Assembly: GCA_030688545.1 (NCBI GenBank)
Contig: JAUYHT010000006.1
Coordinates: 413,966 to 445,965 of the forward strand
Length of the DNA stretch: 32,000 nt
Direction of reading: 5' to 3'
Origin: Candidatus Iainarchaeum sp.
GTDB lineage: Archaea; Iainarchaeota; Iainarchaeia; Iainarchaeales; VGJJ01
Shown here: one piece after another, positions 15,928 through 23,976 of the stretch
Numbering within the stretch: the stretch's first letter is position 1
Layout: every line of letters begins with the position of its first letter
Made by a program: the position numbers and the translations under genes
The notes under the pieces: generated by a model
Told to the model about the DNA's origin: nothing
The model's input: only the letters and a program-made list of their open reading frames with translations
Database searches by the model: none

Positions 15928-17900
15928 GCTGGGGTTTCCCTCTCGATAAGGCCAAGAATTCGGCCTATTAAAACATTACCCCGTTTGGGGCGTTCCTGAG
16001 GGGGAATATAGCACCGGTTTACTTTCAGATAGGGGGCGATGAAGGGAATTTTGGGGAGAGGATTTGGAAGGGCGGAGGCCTGGTGGGTATAATGGTGTCG
16101 GAACCAGATGAGCAGGGCGAGGAGCAGAATAACCCCTAATATGAGGAGCATAGTAAGTCCCTCCCGGGAAAGGAGAGGGGATTGCTGTTCGAGGGTGGCG
16201 AGCAATGCTCCCAATCGGGAGAGTCGGGTGGAGATGTCGATGAGCAAAGGCCCCAATGTTTCAAAATCCCCAGCCAGCAATTTTCCTTTGGCCTGGGCGA
16301 GATCCGATTGGATAGCCAATAGTTGTGTCCGCGCGTCCGCGATGTCGAATCCCCGGCGCTGCATATCATCAATGGTTTTTTCCAATTGGTCCGCGCGCCA
16401 TTCCAAGTCCGCCAGAAGTTGAGCATAATATTCGTTGGGTGTTGTCACCCCAAAATGCACCGTTTTAGATTGAATGGTATTGTAAGCGTACACATTCACG
16501 TATACCGTATGGATCCCCACTCCCGCATGGAGGGGGATGAAGGGGGCATATTCCAGGGCACGGGTTTCCCCTGCGGAAAGGGATAGCGTCGTGGCCGAGC
16601 GACCATATTCCAATTGTTGCGCATCCACCACATACCAATCCACCCGCACGTTATCCTCCTGAAAATCCCCACTATTGAAAAGGTTGACCGTGAAGGGGTA
16701 GCTGAGGCCCAGGGCGCTCTTTTCCGAGGGGGCGGAAATGGTGAATGTCAGCGCGTGCTCGCCCCGCACGTCCATGTTCAAGTCATAGGTATCATACAGC
16801 ACGACCCCGCTCGCGGAGCGGAGCTCCATGCGCAGGTGATGCATCCCAAATTCGATGGGGGTAAAGGCTGGGTCGACGAGGAAGAGGGTGGATTGGAAGG
16901 GTGACAGGTCGGAAATGGGTTTTTCCCCGGTAATCACATAGGAAGAGGGGGTTGTGATGGTATACCGGAGCAGGTAATCCGTGAAAAGCGTGGTGAGGTT
17001 CTGCACGCGGGCGTACATCCCGGAAGGAGCGCCTTTGGCGAGTTCGGGTTGGAAAAAAACCTCCAGGATTTGTGCGCGTTTGGCCACACTCGCTCCCCCA
17101 CCACCTCCAGTGCCACCCCCACCGCCTCCACCGCTGCTCCCCCCGCTACCGCCCCCACTACTTCCCCCCCCGCCCCCCGAAGGAGATGCCAGCACCGTGA
17201 ATGTCCCCGTATTGTCCCAGACGAAACGGTTGCCGCACGTGAAAAGGGAGGCCACGGTATATTCCCCCGCCGGAGAGGGGCCGAAAAAGGTTTTGACAAA
17301 CTCCCCATTAGGTAATTGGGACATGCTCGCATTGGCATCCGCGATGGTTCCATCCGGGTAGTAGGTGGTGGTGTTGGCGTTGATGTCATAGACCGCATTT
17401 CCATCCGCATTGGTGATGGTGTTGCGGATGGTACCTAGCTCCCCAATGTTGAGGTCGAAGCCATTGTTGAGGAATGCGGTGGTCCAGGAGAGGGCACCCA
17501 AATAGACGTAGCCATTGATGTCCCCTTTGGCGCCCGATAGACCCTGGTACGCGGTGACTTGGAGAAAGTATTCCCCATTGAGATCAAAATTGAATGAATG
17601 GGTGTAGGTGCTGTCCCCGTTATTGGTGAAGTTCACATCCACGCTGGAGGCGTCGGGTTTTAGGATGGCGGCGAAGACATTGGCGTCTGAAACGGGGTGG
17701 CCGAATTGGATACCTTCTACCGAGGCGGTGATGAGGGTGTTTCCGGTGGCGGAAGGACACAAGGGGTAAGAGAGGGTGACAATGTATCCCGTTTCCAGGT
17801 TGGGAATCCACGTGACTCCCGTCGCGGCCCCGCTCACGGAGAGGGGAAGCATTAATCCCAAGAGGATCAGGAGGAGGAGATGGGTCAATCTCACATGCAT
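15921..17900 (-). CDS. Large cell-surface protein: signal peptide, beta-rich domains, 31-residue Gly/Ser linker, CARDB-like region, coiled-coil stalk, C-terminal TM anchor
   Basis: The signal peptide is MHVRLTHLLLLILLGLMLPLSVSGA. The linker is SGGGGGSSGGGSGGSSGGGGGGGTGGGGGAS. The helical stalk is YYAQLLADLEWRADQLEKTIDD..., and the TM helix LTMLLILGVILLLALLIWF lies near the C-terminus. A TATA-like TTAATTAAT (17922-17930) lies 22-30 nt upstream of the ATG. Confidence 0.7.
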   Translation of the reverse strand: MHVRLTHLLLLILLGLMLPLSVSGAATGVTWIPNLETGYIVTLSYPLCPSATGNTLITASVEGIQFGHPVSDANVFAAILKPDASSVDVNFTNNGDSTYTHSFNFDLNGEYFLQVTAYQGLSGAKGDINGYVYLGALSWTTAFLNNGFDLNIGELGTIRNTITNADGNAVYDINANTTTYYPDGTIADANASMSQLPNGEFVKTFFGPSPAGEYTVASLFTCGNRFVWDNTGTFTVLASPSGGGGGSSGGGSGGSSGGGGGGGTGGGGGASVAKRAQILEVFFQPELAKGAPSGMYARVQNLTTLFTDYLLRYTITTPSSYVITGEKPISDLSPFQSTLFLVDPAFTPIEFGMHHLRMELRSASGVVLYDTYDLNMDVRGEHALTFTISAPSEKSALGLSYPFTVNLFNSGDFQEDNVRVDWYVVDAQQLEYGRSATTLSLSAGETRALEYAPFIPLHAGVGIHTVYVNVYAYNTIQSKTVHFGVTTPNEYYAQLLADLEWRADQLEKTIDDMQRRGFDIADARTQLLAIQSDLAQAKGKLLAGDFETLGPLLIDISTRLSRLGALLATLEQQSPLLSREGLTMLLILGVILLLALLIWFRHHYTHQASALPNPLPKIPFIAPYLKVNRCYIPPQERPKRGNVLIGRILGLIERETPAW

Positions 17901-17921
17901 GCGTAGCGGAGCGGGTTGGCG

Positions 17922-17930
17922 TTAATTAAT
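17922..17930 (-). promoter_or_regulatory. TATA-like element upstream of the surface-protein gene (leaderless spacing)
   Basis: The minus strand reads ATTAATTAA, 22-30 nt upstream of the ATG at 17900. Confidence 0.35.
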
Positions 17931-18014
17931 GGTTTCCCCCTTGGGCGTGGGAAGGGTAGTCAATCCCACCCATTTGGCTCGCCCCAGAGCGGGCAGTATC
18001 TCTCCAAAAAGGGC

Positions 18015-18180
18015 CCGTTTTTAATCGGATTTATTTCCAAAAAATGTTCGTTTTTTTAATCAAGCCTTTTTTCTAAAAAAATTAAAAAAATTCGTTTTTT
18101 GATGAAACTTTTTTCTAAAAAGTTTCTTTTGATCAAACTTTTTACTAAAAAGGTTTCTGAAAAGTTTATTCTAAAAAAGC
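18015..18180. repeat. Second tandem array (about 5 units) of the CGTTTTTTGATCAAACTTTTTTCTAAAAA repeat family
   Basis: Units begin near 18015, 18049, 18093, 18126 and 18157, e.g. CGTTTTTTGATGAAACTTTTTTCTAAAAAGTTT and CTTTTGATCAAACTTTTTACTAAAAAGGTTT. The orientation matches the 1134-1310 array. It starts 8 nt after the stop of the minus-strand gene 18188..19228. Confidence 0.85.
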
Positions 18181-18187
18181 CGGTCCC

Positions 18188-19228
18188 TTAATCGGACACC
18201 GTGATGTTGAGGGTGACGTAGTTGTCCGCTGGGCGGAAGTATCCCATCGTGGCATACAACCCTTTGTGCTCATTGGACCATTTCGTGCTCAATTCACGAG
18301 GGGGGGCCGTGGGGTTGATCCCCACGACATACACTCCGGGTGGGGTGTCGTCTTTCACCGTGCCTTCAATAGTAACACGCGTCGCCCAGTCCTTGTCAAA
18401 AACAGGAAAAGTGGGTCCTAATAGGAAGTAGGGTTGCCCGGTCTTCTCCTCGCGGATGGTGATATCGAAATACTGGGCAGCGTCGCCATTGGGTACGAAT
18501 TGTACTCCTACATAGTTCTGGATGTTCCACCCATTCGTGGCGAAAACAATTGCGGAGAAGGTGCGGCGGCCGCTATGGGAAATAGTATCGTGCTGCGTGT
18601 CGGGATACGTCCTGAGAGCGGAGTCCCCCCAGTAATTGAGCGATGGGTTGATCCACCCGATGAAGGCATAGTATTGGTTCACCACCGCGAGTTCAGTCCC
18701 TTGAAAATGGAATTCAGGTTGACTGTAATACGCGTGCCCCAAATTCCCTAACTGAAAAATATTCCCAACTTGCAAATCATAAGCCACTTCGGGAAAATCA
18801 TAAGGAACGGGGGGCAATTGGGAGAAAATCTGTTCCTCGGAGGCGAGGTCGCAGCAGTCCAGGAAGAATTGTTTGGTTTCTTCCAAAGTTAGCCCCATAT
18901 TCGCGGCCGCCTTCTCATAAATATCATATTTGTCGCGGTCCACCTTGAACACTTCCTTCAGGTAGCGCGCCTTCGACAGGGTAGCGGGGTCCACGCGCGG
19001 GCCGATAACTGAATTAGGAGAGGCGAATGAGGAGGCAGGGGGCACATTATTCGTCCCGGATTCGATATCGGGAGAAATAGGTTCCGCAGCCCCGGTTACG
19101 AGACCGGTGAACAGGGAGGTGGAAGAGACGAGGTAGAGGCCGATGCCCAGTACCGCAAGGATAGCGACGCCCAACACCCAGGGATTGGAGGACGGTTTCT
19201 TTTTGGTGGCGGATGGTTTGGGGGCCAT
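18188..19228 (-). CDS. N-terminally membrane-anchored extracellular protein, hypothetical
   Basis: 346 aa with a basic N-terminus, then the TM helix NPWVLGVAILAVLGIGLYLV, then a Ser/Pro-rich spacer and a globular region. No family recognised. Confidence 0.6.
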   Translation of the reverse strand: MAPKPSATKKKPSSNPWVLGVAILAVLGIGLYLVSSTSLFTGLVTGAAEPISPDIESGTNNVPPASSFASPNSVIGPRVDPATLSKARYLKEVFKVDRDKYDIYEKAAANMGLTLEETKQFFLDCCDLASEEQIFSQLPPVPYDFPEVAYDLQVGNIFQLGNLGHAYYSQPEFHFQGTELAVVNQYYAFIGWINPSLNYWGDSALRTYPDTQHDTISHSGRRTFSAIVFATNGWNIQNYVGVQFVPNGDAAQYFDITIREEKTGQPYFLLGPTFPVFDKDWATRVTIEGTVKDDTPPGVYVVGINPTAPPRELSTKWSNEHKGLYATMGYFRPADNYVTLNITVSD

Positions 19229-19294
19229 AATGGGTTTTTCCTTGTTATTCGGAGTATGGGACTGAAATTAATAAACCCTTCCTCTTGGGGGGCA

Positions 19295-19924
19295 TCAGCT
19301 GAAGTCGCTTCCCAGTTGTTGGGAGGCGTTGTGGTCGCCGGAGGAGACAAAGCTGTTGAAGTCCCCGGAATAGCACAACTGGGTGCTCGCGAATGGATCC
19401 AAAGCAGTGATCACTCTGGATCCGGCCGTCCAATTGGAGGAATTGAAATTCTTGCAGGTGGTGGTGCCGGGAGCCACCGTCGTACTTGAAACGCTGCAGT
19501 CCTTCTCCCATCCCCCTAATCCGGCCGTGCCGCAGCCCGTGCTACCCTGCCAAACCTTGAGTACGAGGTTCACGTCCGCCCCCGCGAGCGCGGAGGCGAA
19601 ATTGGCGTCCACATTCAGGGCGCCGGTCCCCGTGTTGGAAACCGACATCGCAGCCTGGGAGGAGGACTGGCAATTAGCATCCGCCGCTCGGGTGCTTGAG
19701 GGCACGACGCGGGCCGCATTCCCATCCGCATCTGGATCGTGCTGGGCGTTGGCTTCCACAAAGAAGAATGCGGCCGAGGTGCAGGGCGACCCATAAGTGA
19801 CAGAGATGGATTTGGCCGTGGCCACAAACCAGGTCATTGTGGTGGTGACCACGTTGGCCGAGGCAATTGTTCCAAAGAGGATGAAACCCAATAGGAGGAG
19901 TGAAATAATGGATACGGATCGCAT
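19295..19924 (-). CDS. Secreted Cys-containing beta-rich protein, hypothetical
   Basis: I place the start at the ATG at 19924 (MRSVSIISLLLLGFILFGTIASA, a Sec-type signal peptide with an ASA site). GAGG lies about 9 nt upstream and a palindromic TATA (19961-19968) about 40 nt upstream. The track start at 19954 lies only 7 nt from that TATA. Confidence 0.6.
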   Translation of the reverse strand: MRSVSIISLLLLGFILFGTIASANVVTTTMTWFVATAKSISVTYGSPCTSAAFFFVEANAQHDPDADGNAARVVPSSTRAADANCQSSSQAAMSVSNTGTGALNVDANFASALAGADVNLVLKVWQGSTGCGTAGLGGWEKDCSVSSTTVAPGTTTCKNFNSSNWTAGSRVITALDPFASTQLCYSGDFNSFVSSGDHNASQQLGSDFS

Positions 19925-19960
19925 AACATGGCCTCGACGTGACCTGCCACGCATAAGTCC

Positions 19961-19968
19961 TTTATAAA
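19961..19968. promoter_or_regulatory. Palindromic TATA-like element TTTATAAA in a divergent intergenic region
   Basis: It reads the same on both strands and lies between the divergent genes 19295..19924 (-) and 20026..21213 (+). Confidence 0.35.
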
Positions 19969-20025
19969 TGTAATTGTGCGGCGCGCCCCGTTCCTTTAAG
20001 TCCTGGAAAAATATCTATTTCTGAT

Positions 20026-21213
20026 ATGCCTGGTTCATTCGGGGATTGGCTAGTGGGGGGAAAACAAACCGTATCTTGCACCCCGGAAGAGGCCGCCCGG
20101 CGGTTGGAAGCCATTTTGGGGGTGGATCGGACGAGAACCGCGGAAATAGTGGCCATGCGGGCCGCCGAGGTGAAACATACCCTCAGTCGGATGATTCCCA
20201 CAATGGATGAAAAGGGGGCCCAATGGCTGGAACGTTTGACTCCCCCCCGGAGTGAGGAGGCATTGTTGGCGTACGCGGTGGAAGCCCATCCCTATTTCGA
20301 GACGCAAGTAGGGCCCGCGATGCGACCAGGGGCAAACGAAAATTCATCCTCACATTGGTGGGGGGAATTGGAGGAGGCCTTGCTGGATATGCGCCGGGTG
20401 GCGGTGCAGAATCTATCCAAGCATCCCGCGCAGAAAGGATTGGGGTTATTGTCCCGCTGGCGAGAGTCCGTTGAGCGTGATGAGGAAGCCTCCCGTCGCG
20501 TGTATGGTTTGGAGCGGGAGTTAAGGAATACGTTGCGCGGGCAGAATGAGGTGGAAGATGAGGAGGCCGCCCTTTCGGGGGGGAAAGGGTATGATACGTA
20601 TTTTCGTTTGCGGGAGTCGCGTGATTCTCTTTTGCGTCGGAAGCAGGGGTTGGAATCCCAATGGATGCACGTGTGGGAAAAGGTGGCCCCGGTTTTGGAG
20701 AAATTGTATGCTGATACTCCTTCATTCGCCGCAATGGAGAACGCCCAATTGAGGTTGTTGCAATTATACCTCGCCCACCCCCAAAATGCGCGGGCGCGGG
20801 ACGTGCATGGCGCGGGATTGGTAATGGTATTGAGATTGGCGGTGGACGCATTGGAAGAGAAAGAGAATTCAAGTGACGAGGAGGCGGCGCGGGAAATAAT
20901 ATTAGGCGCCCTGGAGGAAAAAGTATTCACGGATTATTTCTGGTTGGCCAATGAACTGGAGGTGGCCTTGCAGGGGAACGCCAAAGAATTGCATTCCCAC
21001 CCCATCCACCGGAGGAAACAAAAATTAATGGTGCGGATGGCCCAACTCGAGAGGGATAAGGATCGTATTAAAGGAGAATTGGAGGAGGCTCGGGAAGCTT
21101 TGGATAAATCCGGGGTGGTGCGGCGGCGGGCCTGGCAGGAGGCCACTTCCTTCATCACCATGGAGTGGGGGTGGGAAATTGTTTTTGAAGAATCCCCATT
21201 TATGTCACCGTGA
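20026..21213 (+). CDS. Hypothetical cytoplasmic alpha-helical, Glu/Arg-rich protein (395 aa)
   Basis: This is the longest ORF at the locus and has a balanced composition. The antisense ORFs (20183..20872, 20292..20930) are Pro/Arg/Ser-biased. No family recognised. Its 3' end overlaps the convergent gene by 14 nt. Confidence 0.6.
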   Translation: MPGSFGDWLVGGKQTVSCTPEEAARRLEAILGVDRTRTAEIVAMRAAEVKHTLSRMIPTMDEKGAQWLERLTPPRSEEALLAYAVEAHPYFETQVGPAMRPGANENSSSHWWGELEEALLDMRRVAVQNLSKHPAQKGLGLLSRWRESVERDEEASRRVYGLERELRNTLRGQNEVEDEEAALSGGKGYDTYFRLRESRDSLLRRKQGLESQWMHVWEKVAPVLEKLYADTPSFAAMENAQLRLLQLYLAHPQNARARDVHGAGLVMVLRLAVDALEEKENSSDEEAAREIILGALEEKVFTDYFWLANELEVALQGNAKELHSHPIHRRKQKLMVRMAQLERDKDRIKGELEEAREALDKSGVVRRRAWQEATSFITMEWGWEIVFEESPFMSP

Positions 21214-22015
21214 TCACGCGATCGACGAATTGGGATAGGGTTTCAGTAACTGAATGTCCTTCATCCGTTTGGATGAGGATAAACAACCCAATCGTGTTGT
21301 CGCTCCGGTTCTTGGCGATGACGGTGTGGCAGAATTTTTCCACGGATTGGGGAGAATTGTAGACGAGCAAGGTGGAAACCGAGTCCAGGATGAGGAAGCG
21401 TTGGTTGGCCACCACCCCTTTCATTTTTTCGGAGATAGCCATGTTCATCTCCACCAAAGCTAAAGGAGAATCCAAATAGGTTACTTGCGCGGTGTTCTCC
21501 ACTTCCTTCCCCGTGAGGGGGGTAATGACGTCGATGAACATCACATTACTCGGGAGGGGGGTTATCTGCTTGGCGATGTCCATGAAAGGCTTGTTCACCG
21601 TGACGTAGACCCCGGGGATTTTTTGGGATTGGAAATAGGTGATGAGGGCATGGGGAATACGGGAATAGTCTTTCACATCCACGAGCAGGAGATTAGCACT
21701 CCCCAGGGGCAGCGATTCAAGGATCGTTTGGAGCTTAGCCTCAAACTCCTTGCCCGGCCTCAGCATCTCATTGAGTTGGGCGTCATCCAGCGCGCGGGGG
21801 GATGACGAATCGGAATTAGATTGAGTGGTAGAAGGGGATTCGGTTGGCACCGACTTTGATGGGGTGGGAGAAGAATTAGTCGAAGTGGGAAAAGGCTTTG
21901 TCGGAGCGGGAGAAATAGTAGGAGCAGCAGGGTCCGGCGCGGACGGTTTGGATGCGTCTCCGCGAATGAAAACAGAAACCCCTTTCCCGGGAGATGGAGA
22001 GTCGTCGAGGGCCAT
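21200..22015 (-). CDS. Degenerate KaiC/RecA-fold-like protein lacking a Walker A P-loop, with a Ser/Thr/Pro-rich N-terminal region
   Basis: The C-terminal ~190 aa is colinear with the KaiC-like fold: ANLLLVDVKDYSRIPHALITYF sits where GxxGxGKT is expected, and a Walker-B-like RFLILDSVSTLL is present. The STP-rich segment is KPSAPDPAAPTISPAPTKPFPTSTNSSPTPSKSVPTESPSTTQSNSDSSSP. I place the start at the ATG at 22015, because the pilin terminator and T-runs (22041-22097) lie inside the longer track ORF. Confidence 0.45.
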   Translation of the reverse strand: MALDDSPSPGKGVSVFIRGDASKPSAPDPAAPTISPAPTKPFPTSTNSSPTPSKSVPTESPSTTQSNSDSSSPRALDDAQLNEMLRPGKEFEAKLQTILESLPLGSANLLLVDVKDYSRIPHALITYFQSQKIPGVYVTVNKPFMDIAKQITPLPSNVMFIDVITPLTGKEVENTAQVTYLDSPLALVEMNMAISEKMKGVVANQRFLILDSVSTLLVYNSPQSVEKFCHTVIAKNRSDNTIGLFILIQTDEGHSVTETLSQFVDRVITVT

Positions 22016-22064
22016 ACGAGCAAGAGCGGGATTGCGTAATAAAAAAAGGATGGGCACTCCCCCC

Positions 22065-22097
22065 AAAAAAGGAGGAGTGGGGCACCGGGTGGTGCCC
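22065..22097 (-). terminator. Hairpin plus oligo-T terminator after the pilin gene
   Basis: Stem GGGCACC/GGTGCCC at 22080-22097. On the minus strand it is followed by a T6 run (22065-22070) and a T7 run (22041-22047). Confidence 0.45.
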
Positions 22098-22112
22098 AAG
22101 AAAGTTATGCTA

Positions 22113-22586
22113 TTAGATGGTTCCGCGGCAACCGCCGCCAGCTGCCAATCCTGTTAATTGGCCAGCGTCATACGTAAAAGAATATACCAGGTCGTAAGAA
22201 CCAGAAGCCAAATTAGGATCCTGATCGAGGGTTACAATCTTCGACTCATTCGGCGCTAGTGAACCGGGCCCTATGCCTAATATCAATTGAGCTGTTTGAG
22301 CATAGGTCGTGCCACCACCATGTCTACCAGTGATGTCGAGTGTCTGCAATGTAACCCCTTGACCGGTCTGATTCACTAACACAAAATCGGTCGTATCTGC
22401 AGTTATATTACTCTGGGAAACCGTGAACTGCCCAAACCGGGAGTCACACTGGTTTCCTTGAATGGTGCTCGGGTTTATTAGGACCACGAGCGCGGCGACC
22501 GCGATTACGATGACGACCAGGGCCCAGCCGTAGGTCATCAGGTATTCGAGCGCCGATTGTCCTTTTTGGTTTATTCTGAATTTCAT
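22113..22586 (-). CDS. Archaeal type IV pilin-like protein with a class III signal peptide (DUF361-type QSALEYL motif)
   Basis: The ATG at 22586 gives MKFRINQKGQSALEYLMTYGWALVVIVIAVAALVVLI. AAGGAGGAG lies 9 nt upstream, and TTTATATAAG (22654-22645) lies further upstream. The longer track ORF (to 22772) is not needed. Confidence 0.8.
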   Translation of the reverse strand: MKFRINQKGQSALEYLMTYGWALVVIVIAVAALVVLINPSTIQGNQCDSRFGQFTVSQSNITADTTDFVLVNQTGQGVTLQTLDITGRHGGGTTYAQTAQLILGIGPGSLAPNESKIVTLDQDPNLASGSYDLVYSFTYDAGQLTGLAAGGGCRGTI

Positions 22587-22646
22587 GTTGTTGCTCTCCT
22601 CCTTTGCAAAGAAAGGCAATTGGCTGGAGGTCACACCAATTCGTCT

Positions 22647-22654
22647 TATATAAA
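22647..22654 (-). promoter_or_regulatory. TATA-box-like element upstream of the pilin gene
   Basis: The minus strand reads TTTATATA, about 60 nt upstream of the pilin ATG, giving an SD-containing leader. Confidence 0.35.
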
Positions 22655-22923
22655 CCTTGGCGTCTTCCGGGCACGCTCGGCAGGATAAACGTTGGCGATT
22701 GTTCGGTTTCTGCCGGATTCCGACCGATTTGGATAGTACGGATGAACAAAATGCGTCTTTTGGATGGGGCATTTGGGCCTACAAATATTACAATATAGTA
22801 GAAGAGTAGGAGAGGAGGGAAGCCGGGTAAACAAGGCGATGGGATAAAAGACTTGATAGAAAGGATTTGGTTTCCTCGGGCGGCACCCGCCCGCTTTTAA
22901 ACGGGCGAATCCTCTTGGGGAGA

Positions 22924-23628
22924 ATGGTCGCATTAAGTATAGTGGAGCGCACCCCCACGGAAGTGATGGGATTGGACGAGTTAATCCAGGGGGGCATTCC
23001 CAAGGGGAATCTCGTCGTGTTGACTGGGGACCCGGGCTCGGGAAAAACCATTTTCTGCCTGCAATATCTTTACCATGGCGCCATCAAGCATGGGGAGGTG
23101 GGGGTGTTTATTTCCCTGGAGGAGAAACCGGAGGAGCTCTTGGAGACCGCGGGGATATTTGGATGGGATTTCAAACCATTAATCAAGAGCGGGAAGATCA
23201 TTTTTCAGACCGTGGAATTGTACGATTTTGATAAGCTGAAGGACAGCATTGAGGATTTGGTAACCAAACATGAGGCCAAGCGCCTGGTCATCGACCCAGG
23301 AGTTATCTTCCACTTGTATTTCGAGAAGGAATTGGATGCGCGCAAACGCATCCTGTCCTTGGGAAAAATGCTCAAGAAGCTGAATATCACCTCCCTCATC
23401 ACCAATGAAAACAGCACCCTCCACGCGGGATTGTATGGGTTGGAGGAGTACGTGGCGGATGGGGTCATATTGTTGTACCACACCCGCGTGGAAAACCGGT
23501 TCGTGCGAAGTATAGGAATTTTGAAGATGCGCGACACCAAGATCACGGATAAGCTGCGGCCTGTCCGCATCACCACGGAAGGGGTGGAAGTGCTTCCCAA
23601 AGAAGAATTGTTCTCGGAAGTGTTGTGA
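22924..23628 (+). CDS. Single-domain KaiC/RadA-like ATPase (intact Walker A and B)
   Basis: GLDELIQGGIPKGNLVVLTGDPGSGKTIFCLQYL contains the Walker A motif. RLVIDPG is Walker-B-like, and GVILLYH...R.IGILKMRDT is the typical KaiC-family C-terminus. I place the start at the ATG at 22924 (the track gives TTG 22867). Confidence 0.8.
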   Translation: MVALSIVERTPTEVMGLDELIQGGIPKGNLVVLTGDPGSGKTIFCLQYLYHGAIKHGEVGVFISLEEKPEELLETAGIFGWDFKPLIKSGKIIFQTVELYDFDKLKDSIEDLVTKHEAKRLVIDPGVIFHLYFEKELDARKRILSLGKMLKKLNITSLITNENSTLHAGLYGLEEYVADGVILLYHTRVENRFVRSIGILKMRDTKITDKLRPVRITTEGVEVLPKEELFSEVL

Positions 23629-23745
23629 GTCTAGTTTCGGGGAGGCACTTATAGTGTCAATGGGGGAATTAACCAGTCACCACTTTGATAGACCCAACGG
23701 GGTAAACAGGAACCCATCACCCGGCAAGGATGACGGCCAATAAGA

Positions 23746-23773
23746 TATAAATAGTATCACCATGGTAATACTA
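23746..23773 (+). promoter_or_regulatory. TATA-like element plus a 22-nt near-perfect palindrome (candidate antitoxin operator)
   Basis: TATAAATA lies at 23746-23753. The palindrome TAGTATCACCA|TGGTAATACTA at 23752-23773 has 11-nt arms with 1 mismatch and ends 5 nt before the GTG start of the RHH gene. Confidence 0.45.
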
Positions 23774-23778
23774 TTGAG

Positions 23779-23976
23779 GTGATTGTCTTGGAAACGATTC
23801 CGGCCAAAGTCACAAGCAAGTTAGTCGGGGAAATAGACGAATTGATTAAGGAAGGGTGGTATGCCAACCGCAGTGAGGTAGTGCGCGATGCGATTCGCGA
23901 TTTGGTGAAAAAACTACGCGCCGAAAAACTGGAACAGGCCATCAAAGAAGATGTAAATTGGGGATTGCATGGCTAA
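23779..23976 (+). CDS. Ribbon-helix-helix (CopG-like) antitoxin
   Basis: 65 aa. IPAKVTSKLVGEIDELIKEG.YANRSEVVRDAIRDLV is a typical RHH pattern. It overlaps the downstream PIN-like gene by 8 nt. Confidence 0.65.
   Translation: MIVLETIPAKVTSKLVGEIDELIKEGWYANRSEVVRDAIRDLVKKLRAEKLEQAIKEDVNWGLHG

Noticed and set aside
16981-17361. Plus-strand ORF encoding a poly-proline tract (PPPPPVPPPPPPPLLPP...)
   Set aside because: It is the antisense reading of the Gly/Ser linker (GGN codons) of the surface protein gene.
20183-20930. Two long minus-strand ORFs (229 and 212 aa) antisense to 20026..21213
   Set aside because: Both are Pro/Arg/Ser/Ala-biased low-complexity translations and overlap each other. 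The plus-strand 395-aa ORF is longer and has a protein-like composition. I cannot fully exclude them without conservation data.
22587-22772. 62-aa N-terminal extension of the pilin ORF
   Set aside because: The class III signal peptide must be N-terminal. The ATG at 22586 has a strong SD, and the TATA-like element lies inside the extension.
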